Made by a program: the position numbers and the translations under genes. Below the pieces are notes generated by a model. That model did not search any database. It worked only from the letters and a program-made list of their open reading frames with translations, and was not told the DNA's origin. Positions 1 through 12,935 of a DNA stretch of 64,000 nucleotides are shown one piece after another. The DNA comes from Vicugna vicugna (Eukaryota). Location of the stretch: contig MU058221.1 in the NCBI GenBank assembly GCA_013265495.1, positions 5,378,066-5,442,065 on the forward strand. The letters are read 5' to 3'. Each line of letters opens with the position of its first letter. The stretch's first letter is position 1.

Positions 1-2549
1 CAGAGCACCAGAGTGTGAGAACTTTTATAGATGTGCATCATTCCATTTTCATCGTCTCAAAAAATAGTGCCCAGGGCCTCGCTAGTAAACCTTTGCTGAA
101 GAATCTACTGAATTCTCAAATGGGAAGTGAGAACCGAGACCCTGGAAGGTTTTCAAACACCACAACTTTGTGGTTACTAGGATGCACAGTCAGCCAAGTG
201 GCAGGTCCCAGCGGGCTGCCTGGAACCAGGGCAGCTATGAAACGGAAGCTTCTACGAGGCCTGTGCTTTTATGAGCAGAATGACACTCACTTCACACCTG
301 AGCGGACCTCCTGAGAGCACAGCAGGCGGGGAACATTAGAGCCGGGCTCTCACCCCTGCCGCCAGCCGGCCTGATGGATGGTCCTGGGGCCCCTCGGCTC
401 TACTCCACCCTCTTTCTCGTCTGCTCTGCCACTCAGGCTGCAAGTCTGCAAACTGCATTTCCCGGACCCTCTCTTGTGCCAGCTGGCATCCTGCTGAGCT
501 GTGACTGGGGACGTCCGGGGGGAAGACTGGAAGGCAGGGGGAGGCGGGGACCAAAGGCTGGCCCTCTGGCCTCTGGGTGGGATCACCCTGGGAGAGCGGC
601 TCATGACGCAGGGCTCCCTGGGGAGCCCCTGAGACCAGGGCTCTGCTCCTTCTCTGCCCCCTCCTCTCTCACTCCCTACCTCCCGGCAGCTGAGCCCTTG
701 AACTCCTGTTTTCGGCTCTGCTTCTAGGAAACCTGAACTAAGACAGGCCATCAGGTCAGCGGGGTCAACGTACGGGTGATGGCAGAAGATCATGGACGAT
801 CAGAAGTCCCCGAGGATTTGATCTGGGGGGTCATGAGGCTTGGAGGAGAGTCCCTGGGGAAGCAGCAGGGCTGTGGAAGTGGTGGCGAGCCTGAGACGGG
901 GCTGGGGGTACTTTGTCTCGGCACCCAGCAGCAGATCCTGTGCCCCGGCTGCCGGCATGCTGGCCAGGTGGGCAGGGAGGGCTTTGGCTGCAAGAACCCA
1001 CAGGGTTTGAGACAGGTCGAGGGTGGCAAGCAGGCAGGCAGGAAGGAAGAGAAGTCAAGTGTCAGGGAGGATGCTGGAGCCCTTTGCAGCCACAAGAAGG
1101 ATGTGTGGCCTTGCTGAGTTCCAAATGCCTGTGGGCCATCGGGCTGATAAATCCCAGGCTTGGAGCCCTGGGGAGGGATCTGAGCTGTAGTATCAGCCAG
1201 GGGTGTGCTTGGCCACACGTAACAGAAACCTGGGGACCAACCAAGGCTTTCAGCGAAGTGGGGGTGTTTTTATTCTCACAGTACAGGAAGTCTAGGGACA
1301 AGCCGATCAGGGATGGCGCAGCGGCTCTGCAGAGCCATTGGTGTCTCTGGCTCCCACCAGCTTCTGCTCCCCAGCTTAGCACACGGCCAGCCACTGCTCC
1401 AAACTCCAAGTAAGAAGAAGAAGGATGAGATGGAAAGGAAGGTGAGGCTTCCACATCAGGAGAGGAAAAGCTTTCCTGGCAATCCCTGACAGACTTCCAA
1501 TTCTCTCTCTCTGGCCAGGACCACATCCCATGAGTACCTATGGCTGCAAAGTGAGCCAGGAACTTTGCACACGCAGGGCAGCCTGCTTCCCCACACAGAA
1601 TTAGGGTCTGCTGGTAAGGAAGGAGGAGAAAGGGAAACTTTAAGAAGCAACAGTGAGGGCCAGCTGCAGCCGAGCTAAGGGCCTGGGGCTATGTGGATAA
1701 AGGGACAGTTTATGTCTGCTCTAAAGAGATACGATCTCCAAGGAGAAGAACAAAAGACACAGCCTTCAAGAGCTGGGGGAGAAGAGGCGGTAGGACGGGA
1801 GATACTGCTGGAAATCAGAAAAGGAAATCTTAAGTGAAATCTGTGACTCTGACGTGACAATTCCAAGCCTAGAACGGTTCCCTAACACTCTGAAGTTCAA
1901 TTATTTAAGAACAGAGCACAGTAGTTCCTAAACAAAATGCATTTTGAAGAGTTTTAACCTAAAAAAGTAACTTGGGTACCCCCACTGTACACACAAGAAA
2001 GGTTTCTGAAAGTTAATGTCACTGACTCCTCCCACATGCTCTGTGGGGATGCAGAGTGACAGGCTGAGTCCCTGCTTTCTAGAAGCCCAAGGTCCATGGA
2101 AATGACATCAGAAAGTAACTACAACGATGTGGGGAGGGCTGCAGAAGAAAGGAGGCTGCTCAGAAGCGTGGCGTCTGACACCCAGCACAGACGCGGCCAC
2201 CACGTGGTCAGAGGTGACCCCCAGGCCTTCTCACCAAAGACCACCCAGGGGCACTGTTACAGAAGCCGCAGGGCTGGGGCCCAGCAACAGGGAGGGGAAG
2301 TGGTGGGCGGAGGAGCATGGCTTAGCTGAGAATCCTCAGGAGGCACCTGCCAGGGTGGTACCTGGGTGGGGCTCATGGGGTTCCTGCGACATGTGCTGCC
2401 TGTCCACCCACGCAGCCCGCCATCCTCACACAATCGCGGTAGCTAATTTCAAATCAGCTTTAGCAGTGGAACTTTTTTTTTTTTAACATGAATATCCATT
2501 GAGAATCCTAACATATAACACGGATAAGAGGCATTCAGTCGATCTTTTG

Positions 2550-2780
2550 CAAGGTTTCTCTCGCCACCTCCACATGACTGACACTTGGGGCTGGGTCACT
2601 CTTTTGGCAGGAGGCTGTCCCGTGCATTGAGTGTTTCAGAGCATCCCTGGCCTCTAGCCACCGTATGCTATGAGCATCTCTGGTCCTCCCCCTCTCTCCC
2701 AGTTGTGACAACCAAAAATATCTCCAGACCTTGCCAACCATCCACTGGGGGACAAAACTGCCCCCGACTTTACCCATTGG
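2550..2780. mobile_element. MER20-like hAT DNA transposon
   Basis: Contains cagttgtgacaaccaaaaatatctccagaccttgcc...gggggacaaaactgccccc, typical of MER20. Confidence 0.7.
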
Positions 2781-3354
2781 GATAAAGTCACTGTATGTAT
2801 TAAAGTCCCAAGACTGCTGTATTTTGAAAGGATTTCGGATAATTAAACAATGCAAAAACTGAAAATCAAAGACTGTGGGTTAAAATGGATGGATGATCCC
2901 TGAGCTTCAGTTTCTAATCTTTTTCTAGGTTTGGGTTGCATAATCTCGAGAAATCTTGATTCACCAAGATATGTGGCTGCATTCTCACCTGTACAATGGG
3001 ACAGGAACCAACAGGCAGGCACAGGCTGCATTCACACACCCCTCTGCAGGGTTCACAGGTGCACATGGCGGGGAGGCAGGGGAAGGACAGCTTTTGCTCC
3101 TGGATCCACACAACTCGAGCAAATCACTTTGAACATCTCATGCCACTCCCATCAGCAAAGGGTGCAGACCTCCACTACAGGGTACCTTCCTGTTTTCACT
3201 GGGTAGGCAGTGTCTCATTTCTATTTTAGGAATGTGAAATTTCACATACGATGTCAAAACCACAACAAACGTGCTGTTGAGACCATGTCGGCTATCTCCC
3301 CGTATCTTCTGTTATTTGTTTAGTTTGAACGAGCAACACTTCCACCCCCATCTC

Positions 3355-3522
3355 AGCCTGCGGTTCTCCAACCTGACCACGCACAAGAACCACTTACTGC
3401 TGCAGACTCCCAGACCTCGTCCCCTGAATGTCCCACCTGGTAGGAACAGGTGAGGACACCAAATGTGATTTTGAACAAGTTCCCCTGAGTTCTGTGGGTG
3501 CGGCCCTTTGAGAAACCCCGCT
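3355..3522. mobile_element. MER5-like hAT element (degenerate)
   Basis: gcggttctccaacct start, aacaagttcccc interior, tttgagaaacc end. Confidence 0.45.
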
Positions 3523-4059
3523 CTCCAGCCAGCTTCTCACCGTTGTAATTAACAACGGATTTTAGCCTAAAGATTTTCAGATCCTCCTACAAACTGCACA
3601 GAGTTATGAGGACGTGCCTTCCTGGATAAATAAAAGCGTTGCTCTTTAAATACATAGTCTACACTCTGCTAATTTTGACCACTTACCAACACGCACGCAC
3701 TTCAGTGATTCTGAGGTGTGCTTTTTAAATTACGTCTAATCAACCGGTATTCCTCTAACGCAGAGAATACATCAGTATTATCATTCAATTGCCTGCTTTT
3801 TATATGTTTAAAAGTGTTAAAGGCAATTAACCTGAGCCCTTGGAATTCATAAACATTCTCCAAAACGAGAACACGCCTGGCAACTAGAGATGGTATTTCT
3901 AGAGATGGTATTTCTCCAAGGTTTTACCGGAATGAAGAAGTTATTAAGAGGGCAGTGACTCGTGCAGGGTCAAGTCCCGAGTCCCCTCCCCGCCCTTTGC
4001 ACCCGCCTCCAGTTCCTCCGCACCATCCTTACCCTTATCCTTTGGTCTCTGTTCACAAG

Positions 4060-4320
4060 TCGCCTTCCTTGACCACCCTCTGTCACACAGCACTCCCACC
4101 CCGGGCCCCGTTACTTACTTTCTTGCTTTATTTTACCACAGACGCTCATTAGTACTGACACAAATTTGTCTACTGTCTGCTCTCCCCACTAAAATACAAA
4201 ATTCCGAGAGGAGGGACTGTCGACTTTGTTCACTGCTGTAACCTCGGAAACTCAAACAGTGCCTAGCAGGAAAGAGACACTTAAATACTTACGGAATGAA
4301 TGATCCAATGAATAAATGAA
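4060..4320 (+). mobile_element. L2 3' end
   Basis: ttgttcactgctgtaacc...acagtgcctagcagg...aaatactt...gaatgaatga tail. Confidence 0.65.
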
Positions 4321-5099
4321 TGCACTGATCAGCAGCCTGCACCCAGAGCCCCACAGAAAAGCTAAACCAAACCCAGCAAGGTCCTAACGAGAGGCAGACG
4401 TGAAGACTGGACCCTTCCAGGAGTCCAGACATCACTGGGCGTTTGTGACGTGTCCGGAGCACCTCTGGCACGTGCAAAACAGGGACGGGAATCCCTTTTC
4501 CAACAAGAAACTGTGTATGTCTGCATGGTAAGGAAGGGAGATAAACAAACTCAAACAACTGTCCCCCCACCACCATGGGAAAGTAAAAGAGCAACTGGGA
4601 TCTGTTTTGTTTTTTAAGAGAAGAGGAAAGAGACATAATAATACTTAACTGTTTGGCTGTTGGCTGTTTCATGTTTCTGAGGCTGTTTGCTAACATGTAA
4701 GAAACAGGTTGGGTGATAATTAAGTTGCACGCTGCCTGGGGAGCCTCTCTTGCAGGGCAGCTGTCGGTTTAGTCTGAACCAGGCAAATGGGTAGCTTGGA
4801 GCTGGTTGATCAGATACCCCAGGACGCCCAGCAGGAGTGATGCCTTCTGGGACAGGAGCAGCAGTGACAGCAACACCAAATGGAAGAACCACCCGGTCAG
4901 GTGAAGCCACACTCTGGGAAATCAATCAATTGATTTCTGCAAAATCAATTGATTTCTGCAAAATCAATTCTGAAGAGAGCTCAGCACTGCCAGAAATGAC
5001 TTCAGTACTGACCACGGAAAGGGAGCTACGTCGAGCCTTGGCTTCCAGTGCTAGACTGGCCGCAGCACCATGACCTGGAGGCTTTCGGGTTTTTAAGCT

Positions 5100-5830
5100 T
5101 TATTTTTTGACATGATCTCAAACGTAGAGAGACTGCAAGAGGAGCACAAAGAACCTACCCACCTGTTACCCACCCATCCCACTGGCATGGTCGCTCCATT
5201 GTACGATGCGCATACTGCTTTTTTAACCATTTGAAAGTAAACTGAAGACACAATGCCATTTACCCCTAAGTATTTTAGTATCTCCTAAAAACAAGGCCAT
5301 TGTCAGACACAACCACAGCATGATGATAAAAATCAGGAAATTATAGTTGCTTTAATACTATTATCTAATCTAAAGACCTCAGACAAATTTCTTTAGCAGT
5401 CCTGATAATGGGCTTAGCACAAAAACAGGATCACATGTCCAGGATCACATGTGGCATTCAGCTGTCCTGTCTCCTCAGCATCCTTTAATCTGAAACAGTT
5501 CCTGTGTCCTTCATGACCTCGGCATTTTTTGAACAGAACAGGCCAGCTGTTTTGTAGAATGACCCTCCGTTGAGATTTGTCTGTTTCTACATGGTCAGAT
5601 CCAAGTCCTACGTTTGGGGCAGGAATATCACAGAAGTGGTGCTGGCCTTTCTCGATGCATTTTCCCAGGAGGCACCTGCTGGTGCTTTGTCCCAGTGCCG
5701 GGTGATGGTTAAAGTTGTGTAAGGCAAGTTTATCTACTGTCAAGTTACTACTTTCCCTTGGTAATTAAACTTGATGGGAGATACTTAGAGACTAAGTAAT
5801 TATCCTGTTCCTCATCCAACTCGTTTCAGC
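5100..5830 (-). mobile_element. Old L1 (L1MC-like) 3' UTR fragment
   Basis: cctttaatctgaaacagttcc...ggccagctgttttgtagaatg...ggcaggaatatcacagaagtg motifs typical of antisense L1MC 3' ends. Confidence 0.65.
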
Positions 5831-7185
5831 ACTCAGGATAAGGATTAAGTTCTGTGTGAGGTCAAGCAAGGTCAAACTTCCAGAAAAAGCGAGGGCTGGT
5901 TGAAGCAGGTGAGCAGCAACTAGCACTGAGTTGCCTCTAACAGACTTAATTCAAATAACCCCAGGGAATGTCCACTCTTAGTCATTAAGGAAAAAACAAG
6001 ACTCTAGATTTCCTTTGCAGAGCATCGGTGAGACCTCACGACTACAGTAGCCTCCCTTACGGTGAGCCACGTCTGCTGGAAGCTCAGCCCTTCAATTTAC
6101 AAGGTGTCCAGCGGTGACACCCAGGCTCAGAGGGCTGACAGCTAGTCCCCCACACAGAGGCCCAGGTTTCCTGGGGCAATGCCGATGGGCTCAGCTGGGT
6201 GACTTCTGGTCCGTTGCAGCACGGTGCAGGGAGCTATACTTAAAAACAAAACTCCAGCTCTCCATTGCCTTATACAAGGCACAGCCAGGTTTAGGAACTT
6301 CGATTTGGCTTATTCAAGAAATACGTTTTTAAAAAATTCTGTTATCACATAACTTCAGACAGAACATGTTGAAGTCACACGCTGGTTGTTACACTACCAC
6401 ACAGTGACAGCCACTGCTAACGTTCTGGTCTGTGTTCCGTCTGCCTTTCCTCTTTGCACGTGTATATTTTATCAGGATTGGGATCATAGTATCTATACCA
6501 GCCTTCTTCAGGTTGGGTTCCACTGGAGATTAAGCCCTATGGAAGAGGATTTGAGACACTATTTTCTCAATTCTCCCAATGATGGTCTATAATTAGAATC
6601 ACTCTGGAAGCAGAGGAGAGAAGTTCATTCGTAACATACAATGGTGGCCTTTGAGCATTAGGGCTTAATTCTCTTGAAGAGCCCCAGTCAAGGAAGGCTG
6701 GTCTGTGCTGTTGTGTAATTTGCTTTGTTCACCTAATAATCCTTTAAACAAACATTTAATAAGTACATACCAGGCACTGCGACTATCAAAAAACATAAGA
6801 CAGCCTTTCTCTTGAAATGAAAAATCCAGCCAGGGAAAGCAAAAATACCTAAATACTCAACAAGCCAAATAACAGAGGAGCCGTAGGATACCTGGGGTGC
6901 CCTGGGCAAGGGACCACCAGCTCCACCAGATGAAATCAGGGAGGCCTCCCTGAGGAGGTGATGTGTAAATGGGTCCTTGAAGGATGGGCAAGAGCTCAGA
7001 GACAGAAAGAAGAGAGAGCAGGCATTCTGGGTGGAAGGAAGGGCATGCCAAGATGCTCAGAGAGGACTGCTGAGGCCAGGTGACAGGGAACATGGCGGAA
7101 AGTGGCAGAAGATGTGACAAAGAAGGAACCAGGCCCTCCAAACTGGACCGAGAGGAGGTGGCATCAGGCAACCTTCAGTGGTTCT

Positions 7186-7305
7186 CTTTTTGAGTGGGGA
7201 GGTAATTAGGTTTATTTATCTTTTTTTAGAGGAAGCACTGGAGATTGAACCCAGGACCTTGTGCACACTAAGCACGTGCTCTGTCACTTGAGCTATACCC
7301 TCCCC
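7186..7305 (-). mobile_element. tRNA-Ala-derived camelid SINE (vic-1-like)
   Basis: Reverse complement of GGGGAGGGTATAGCTCAAGTG...GGTCCTGGGTTCAATC plus the AAATAAACCTAATTACCTCCCC tail. Confidence 0.85.
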
Positions 7306-8299
7306 ACCAAGTGGTTTGTAAGCAGGAAGGTGAAGAGCTCACACCAGTGGGGAGGCCGTGGGAGGGCGTGGTCAGGGGGCTGCTGTGACCACCACAGCCA
7401 GGGCTGATGGGGCAGCAGGGACAGCAAGAAGGAGGGAAGCTGACAATAGCTGTGGAAGAAGAAGGTGCCACAAAACTTGGTGACTGGGCTGCCAGGGGCT
7501 GTTCTTTTAGCACCAGCCAGTGGAGACCTGGCCTGCATAACAAATTCAAGCTGCTAATGGGGGAAAATTTCAAAAAAAGAAGCAAAGCAAAGCCTGCAAG
7601 AAGGCGCCATCAGCTGCCACCATCCCACCATCCTCTGAGATGATTTAACGGCTGAGGTAGGGGCATCTGTCAAAGAGGAGGAGGCCAGAGAAATGACAGG
7701 GCACTGGGGTTAACTGAGGAAGCTGCCTGTGCAACTGCCTGCCCTCCGTGGGCTCCTCCAAGCTCTAACAAAACTCCTTCCGTTGCAGCTCTCCGGTGGT
7801 GGGCCCTCACGTGACAGGTTACACACGTAGCACGCGCTACAGCAGAACACGTCTGCGGCACCCCCACGAGCGCCACAAATAAAGCGAAATCTAGAAGCCA
7901 GCTCTTTCATGGAAGATTTCCCCCTTAGCTAAAGGACATACGAGGAATTGGGCTGAAGAAATAGAACTTAATAGAAAGTGAAAGTCAGTAGAACTAACAT
8001 TAACATGAAAGCAACTCTGGGACCCGACATAAACAAGCTCTAGCAAAGGGACCTTCCCCCAAACCGGAGGATAACGGGAAACACCAGGTATGAGATGATG
8101 GGAAAGTGTGTGAAAACTCTACAAGTAACCAAGACCCCACCCCCAAAAGAAAGGGTGAGGGTACGGGTTCTTAAGAAGTGGGATCATGAAGTGCCATCAC
8201 CAAACAAGATCTTAGAAATATTCCTCGGGGAGCAGCTGGCTGGTGGATGAGGAAGGAAAGGTGAAGGATTTGCTGGGCAGCTTAGGCAATAATCTGGTA

Positions 8300-8592
8300 C
8301 CGTGGTCCCTTGGTACCCAGAGAGGACTGGTTCCAGGACCCTCCTTGGATACCAAAATCCACATATGTTCAAATCCCTTATTAAATGGTGTAGTATTTGC
8401 GTATAACCTATGCACAACCTTCTGTATACTTTAAATCGTCTCTTGGTTACTTATAACACCTGCTACAATGTAAATGCTACGTCCATAGTTGCTGCCTTGC
8501 GGCAAATTCAAGTTTTGGTTTTTGGCACTTTCAGGAAATGCTCCTTTTGGAATACTTTTGATCTGCAGTTGGCTGATATGGAGGGCTGACTG
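8300..8592. mobile_element. MER2-like (Tigger family) DNA transposon
   Basis: ggttccaggaccc...ggataccaaaatcc...gtagtatttgcgtataaccta...gagggctgactg; flanked by TA at 8298-8299 and 8593-8594. Confidence 0.8.
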
Positions 8593-9749
8593 TATTCCAT
8601 AATCCTATTTGTCCTCTAGGAACAGAAGAACAAAACTAGTCATACAAAACCCCAAATCAGAAAGTGTTCATGACCCTAGAGAAGGAACTGAGGGGGACAG
8701 TGACAGGGAACAATCTGGAAGTAGACAGGCCCTGGCAGCTGAGAGACTGAAGGAGAACCGGCAATCACAGGAGACAAAGGAAAGTTGTGCTTGGGTCACT
8801 TCAAGCTCAGAACAAGTTAAGCACATTTGAATTCTTAAAACCGACAGCAGGTACTTCAGTCTGTAAGGGCCATGGTGGAAACACCCAATTTCTTTTACAT
8901 CCCGATCACACACATCTGTTTTACTCTCTGCTCCAAGAATGTGAGAGCCAGCCCCTGGGCAGGCTCCCAAACAGGCGTACCATCACTCCTGTAACTGGGT
9001 TTTAATCAAGCATGGAGTAGGTGCCGGGGGATGGAGCAAGAAGCAATACAGACAGCCTCTTCTGCAGAAAGCTCTCTTCTCATTTTAAAAATCAGACAAG
9101 TAGCTCTATCACCAATGCAATTATTTTCCTCGTTTTTCTTTTTAACTTATTCTACATGGGACCTGAGGTCAGTGTTAGGAGATACATTTGGGGTACATCT
9201 GTGTATGTGGGTGTTTGGGAGGGGGCTTAGAAAAGGCTCCCGACCCCAGGAAGGAATGGGTAGGGCTGGGGCGGGGGCGGTGGAGAGGCAGATAGCGCCT
9301 GAGCAGGGACAGCAGGCATTGAGGGGAGTGTCTGAAGGTCCCTACCAGCAGGGAACAACGGACCGCAGGGAACAATGAACAAGAGGCGGGGAAAGGAAGC
9401 AGGCCACGCCATGGTGGGCTGGAATATTATCCTAAGAGAAAAGAAGCAACAGTGGGGGAGGGGTGGATTTAAACTGGAATTGGATTTTGGAGAGACTTTT
9501 CTTGAGGCAAGACTGGAGATGGGGAAGTCCTTCTGTGAGGCAGGACCAGTGAGGAGGTTGCCATGGAGACCCAGCGAGTCATGATGGTGTGCCTGGGAGC
9601 GCAGGAACATGGACCAGGGAACACAGCCATGTCAGCTACTTCAGATAATCCAACCAGGAATTCAATAGGAGCCCTTCTGAGGGGTGGCGTGGGAATGCAC
9701 TGTATCCCGCAAAGACAGGGATGCGTTTGCCTCATCCATCACCTCCAGG

Positions 9750-9930
9750 CCAGACGGCCTGAGTCTGAACCCCCACTGTCTCTGTACCACAGTTTCTGAG
9801 TTTCTTAACTTCTCTGAGCCTCAATATTCTCATTTGTAAAACGGGGATAATAATGGTCTCACACTCATATGGCTTTTGTGAAAACTTCATGAACTGATAG
9901 ATAGAAGTGTCTAAAGCAGGTAAGGATAAA
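9750..9930 (+). mobile_element. MIR SINE
   Basis: cttaacttctctgagcctcaatattctcatttgtaaaacggggataataat core. Confidence 0.75.
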
Positions 9931-10389
9931 GTGAGTCTGCACAGTATTTATCCTCAGTTTTGTCCTGTCTCTGTTTTGGAGCATGTGGGTTTGTTTGGGC
10001 AGTGGGGTAGTATAAGAGTTTCACCAAGAGTCTACTCTCTCTCTGCCAACCACAAAACACTGTTAGGTTCCCATGACCCTCAATTCACTTGGCAAATAAC
10101 TAAATCCCACCCGCTAACTCTGAATTGTCCCCTTTATCCAAATAGATCTCCTCAGCGTTTATAGGCTAGGATGCCACCAGCCACGTGCGGCTGCTGAGTG
10201 ATTCAAACATGGCCAGACCAAACTGAGACGTGCTCTAACACAAGTGTAAGATGCACACCAGGCTTTGGAGACAGTATGACCACAAAATGTACAATAGCTT
10301 GCTAACAATTTTTATATTGATTTCATAATATATTGCACATAGTGGATTAACTAAAGTATGTTATTAAATTTAATTTACCTTTTTTTAAA

Positions 10390-11400
10390 AAAAAACTTCC
10401 TTCTGATTCCTTGGATCTATTTTAATTGCTATGTTCTTGATTTAGCCAATTAGCTCATTTAATTTTTGCCTATTTTCTTGTTAATAGGAGTAATTAAGAC
10501 CACACATTTCCCTCTAAATAATGATTTAGTTACATCCCACAAGCTTTAAGTGTACAATTCATTCTACAAGTTTTGATATATATTTCATTGTTACTAGTTC
10601 TTAATCATTCAAATCTAAATATTTCCTTTTTCAAATATTTTTAATTGAAGTATAGTCAGTTTCCAATGCTGTGTCAATTTCTGGTGACAGCCCAATGCTC
10701 CAGTCATAGATGAACATATATACATTCATTTTCATATTCTTCTTCACCCTAAGTTACAAGATACTGAATATAGTTCTCTGTGCTACATAGTATAAACTTG
10801 TTGGTTATCTTATATATATATATTAGTCAGTATCTGTAAATCTCAAACTCCCAATTTACCCCTTCCCACCCCCATCCCCACTGAGTAACCATAAGTTTGT
10901 TTTCTATGAGTCTGTTTTTGTTCTGTAAATAAATTTGTCTTTTTTGTAAGCAAATCTAAATTTTTCTAATTCAAATTTTCAAATATGTTTTTTTAATTAT
11001 ATTTTTTAATTGATACATGATTTAACTTCATTATGTTCAGAGAACTTGGGTTATATGGCACTGATTATTTTAAACATGTTAGGACTTACTTATGACCTGG
11101 TGTATGCTCAATTTTTGTAAAAGTATAATCTTCACTTGCTGGAACTATATTTTCTATTTAATCAGTTTGATCAAATGTGTTAACTGTGCTGTTTGTTGGA
11201 TCAATCCCTTATTGGTTTTTAGTTAGCTTGTTTTGTCAGTTACTGAAAGAGGTATGCTAAAATCTCTCACTATGCTGGCAGATTTGTCAACTTTTTTTTG
11301 TCATTCTGTCACTTTTTACTTTATACAGTTTGAAGTTGTATTATTAGGCACATCGGAGTTCAGAAGTTTTTAATCTTCCTGGGAAACTGAAACACTGATC
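10390..11400 (-). mobile_element. Old L1 ORF2 5' (endonuclease-region) fragment
   Basis: AT-rich, with ttactgaaagaggtatgctaaaatctctcactatg...ttattaggcacat, resembling antisense L1 EN sequence. Confidence 0.55.
10626..10950 (-). mobile_element. Younger L1 3' end with TSD
   Basis: ttttaattgaagtatagtcag...tgtgtcaatttctgg...; TSD caaatctaaat[a/t]tttc at 10610-10625 and 10951-10966. Confidence 0.8.
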
Positions 11401-12439
11401 CATCTGTTTCCTTTTAACCTTTAAAATGTAGCTACTAGAAAAATTTAAATTATATATATGGCTTGGCTTATATTTCCACTGGACAGAGACGGCCCAGAAG
11501 AAGAATAAGCAAGAAGCCTGAACCAAAATCCTGGGGGACTAAGGACTTGATTGCAGAAAATGACAAGCAAAGAGAAGAGGGTGTCAGTGGCCTTGTAAAA
11601 GTACCGCAACTCTCTCCTCCTCTCTTGCTGCTGGGATCTAGATTAGAAATGAGAACAAGAGGTTTGTGAAAAGCAGAAAGGAGGTGAAGAACGAGGCAGA
11701 AGAGAAAGAAAAAGGAGAAGCTGAGGAGAGAAGAAGGCTGTGGAAGAAGGAACTCTGCATAACAGGAAAACCGCTCCTGCTCTGAACCCAATACATAGAA
11801 GTCTTTAAATATAACAATGAGCCCCAGCCTCAAAGACAGCCTTCATGTTCAAAACACAGACCTACTATTCCATCAAAGAAGACCTTTTTTCAAATTTGCT
11901 ATTTGTATCAATGTTTCTCTCTTTAAGTTAATCAAATCATATCCCATGATACTGAACCATTCATTCCAGATATTAAAAACTTGAAAGGGGGAAGAATTCA
12001 TGGCTGTTTAAGAGCTGGTGAACCATCCAATAAATTAATGCTGGATATTTTTCCGCAAACATGTCTTGTATGGTCTCGAAAGACCAAACAAGAAATAGGT
12101 CCTTCTTCTAGGACACACCAGAATTCTTATGTAGAAATCCACAGGTACAGGGAAGGCAAGCCACATAAGCAAAAACAAAGTAGAGAAAGTGCGACGTTAG
12201 GAAACCTAAGCGAGGAGAGGTCCCAGGAGTGTTTGCAGCAGTTTGGCCAGAGACACCATCCCCTCACCACAATGGCTCATGAAACCAAAGGGCTCCCCAC
12301 AGCTCAGCCTGTCCCTGGGATCAGGGGATGACTTCACATGCTGAGAACACACAGGGCACAGCCAAGCACAGACTGACCGCGGCTCCTGGTACAACTCCTG
12401 CCTCAGTCTCCTCCACTGAGAGTCAATGTCACAATCATC

Positions 12440-12935
12440 AGCTGGTAGCGAAGAACTACCAATGCAGTTATTCCAAAACTGGAATGAAATAGCTCTGCCT
12501 GTGGTTCCCAAAGCTGAGTACACACGCTGGATTCCGTGACCCAGGAACCACTCCCTTCCATAGACCCCCATCAGAAATGCGTACGCATGGACATCAAAGA
12601 CAGATGCAAAAACAGTCATCAAATGGCCATCAACAGGGCACACACAAATATACGGTATATAATCCACGCAACTGGCCAAATCAGCAACGAGAGTGAGCAC
12701 CTTACAAGGGCAGGCGTGAAGCTCAGAAACTCAATTCATAAGGAAAGAAGATGGACAGTGCAGGACACCACTTAGGAAGCCAGCGGGGGTTATCTTTGAG
12801 GAGGTAGGGACAAGAAGGGAGCCTTCTGCTTCTTGATCTGAGGGCATGGTATGCTGAGTGTGGAAAATGTGCTGAACAGCACACTTACGGTGTGCCTGCT
12901 TTTCTAGCATGTATGCTGTACTTAGGGAAAAAAGA
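12440..12935 (+). mobile_element. Old L1 (L1ME-like) 3' fragment
   Basis: gacccaggaaccactccc...atcaaatggccatcaacagg...ggtatataatccac...tttcttgatctg-like motifs. Confidence 0.55.

Larger units (their letters stand above)
10170..11490. mobile_element. MER33-like element split by a ~1 kb L1 insertion
   Basis: Left part 10170-10385 (agccacgtgcggct...aagtgtaagatgcacaccagg...ttattaaatttaattt) resumes at ~11400 (ctgtttccttttaacc...gctactagaaaaatttaaatt...ctggacag). Confidence 0.7.

Noticed and set aside
280..3700. Minus-strand donor-like sites (~285 and ~3681) as alternative ST3GAL5 exons
   Set aside because: No matching acceptor, promoter or recognisable peptide; cannot be supported without transcript data.
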